From assembly GCA_003971905.1 (NCBI GenBank), contig RSEE01000007.1, positions 558,001-622,000 on the forward strand: a stretch of DNA of 64,000 nt. The letters are read 5' to 3'. This document shows positions 63,531 to 64,000 of this stretch, in pieces; positions within the stretch are counted from its first letter, which is position 1; every line of letters starts with the position of its first letter. The notes beneath the pieces were generated by a model. That model had not been told where the DNA came from and did not search any database. It was given only the letters and a program-made list of their open reading frames with translations. The translations under genes were made by a program, and so were the position numbers. Source of the stretch: Moniliella sp. 'wahieum'. Its lineage: Eukaryota.

Positions 63531-64000
63531 GGCGCGGGGGCGCTCTCGGCTGCTGCGGTGGCAGCCCCCCGTAGGGTTGCCCCGGCGCTAGGGTTTCGGC
63601 GTGGTACAAAACATCCTCCTGGCGCCGCCATCCGGTGACGGCTTGTTCCTTGACCACCAATCTCCACTGCAAGAGCACCAACCCCGCTATGTGTGATGCA
63701 TCTCTATGTGACCATGTGAACGCCTGCCTTCCCTGTCTCTCCATCCACCCCATCCCCGCTGTGGATGGGCCGGCACAGTTGTGCGCGTGTACCTCTAACC
63801 CGCCAGGAGCATCCTTTCGACCCTCTGCCCCGTCAGTCATGGTCTGGGATGTGCCTGCAGCCATTCTGCCCACCTTGCTCCATTTGAGGCCTGCGTGGTT
63901 CCTGAAGTGCTGCAAGATAAACCCTTTCGGGGGTGCCGCCGTGGCCAATGCCACTTCATGTGGATGCCAAGGTCTTGTCATTCATTCGCCTGCGGCGGTT

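Overview
GC-rich, intron-poor fungal genomic DNA, most consistent with a basidiomycete of the Ustilaginomycotina (inferred from gene content, short GT..CTRAC..YAG introns and composition). About 20 protein-coding loci can be supported: DHHC palmitoyltransferase, MCM5, CK2-alpha, TOM22, MIC10, GH15 glucoamylase, an RNA-modification gene, an Rgd1-like F-BAR/RhoGAP, a Ctr copper transporter, PAN3, ASK1, YTM1, a Mix14-like twin-CX9C protein, ASF1, carnitine acetyltransferase, ATG26-like sterol glucosyltransferase, PAM18, a Pac2-clade WOPR transcription factor, a HAPSTR1-like protein and a few hypotheticals. There is also one tRNA-Ala(AGC) and two diverged copies of an LTR-like repeat. Nearly every gene, including essential ones, is broken by 1-nt indels in short homopolymers. 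I read these as consensus-sequence errors, so gene boundaries are approximate. Most interesting: (1) an apparent ~1,300-aa fusion of an RluA/RPUSD2-type pseudouridine synthase with a THUMP + m2G methyltransferase module (18247-22135, minus); (2) a pervasive intergenic pattern of 7-bp tandem repeats, each a different A..T palindromic hexamer plus one spacer base, densest in the long region upstream of the WOPR gene and including a 49-bp near-perfect palindrome; (3) a solo-LTR-like element whose second copy ends ~65 bp upstream of the tRNA gene.
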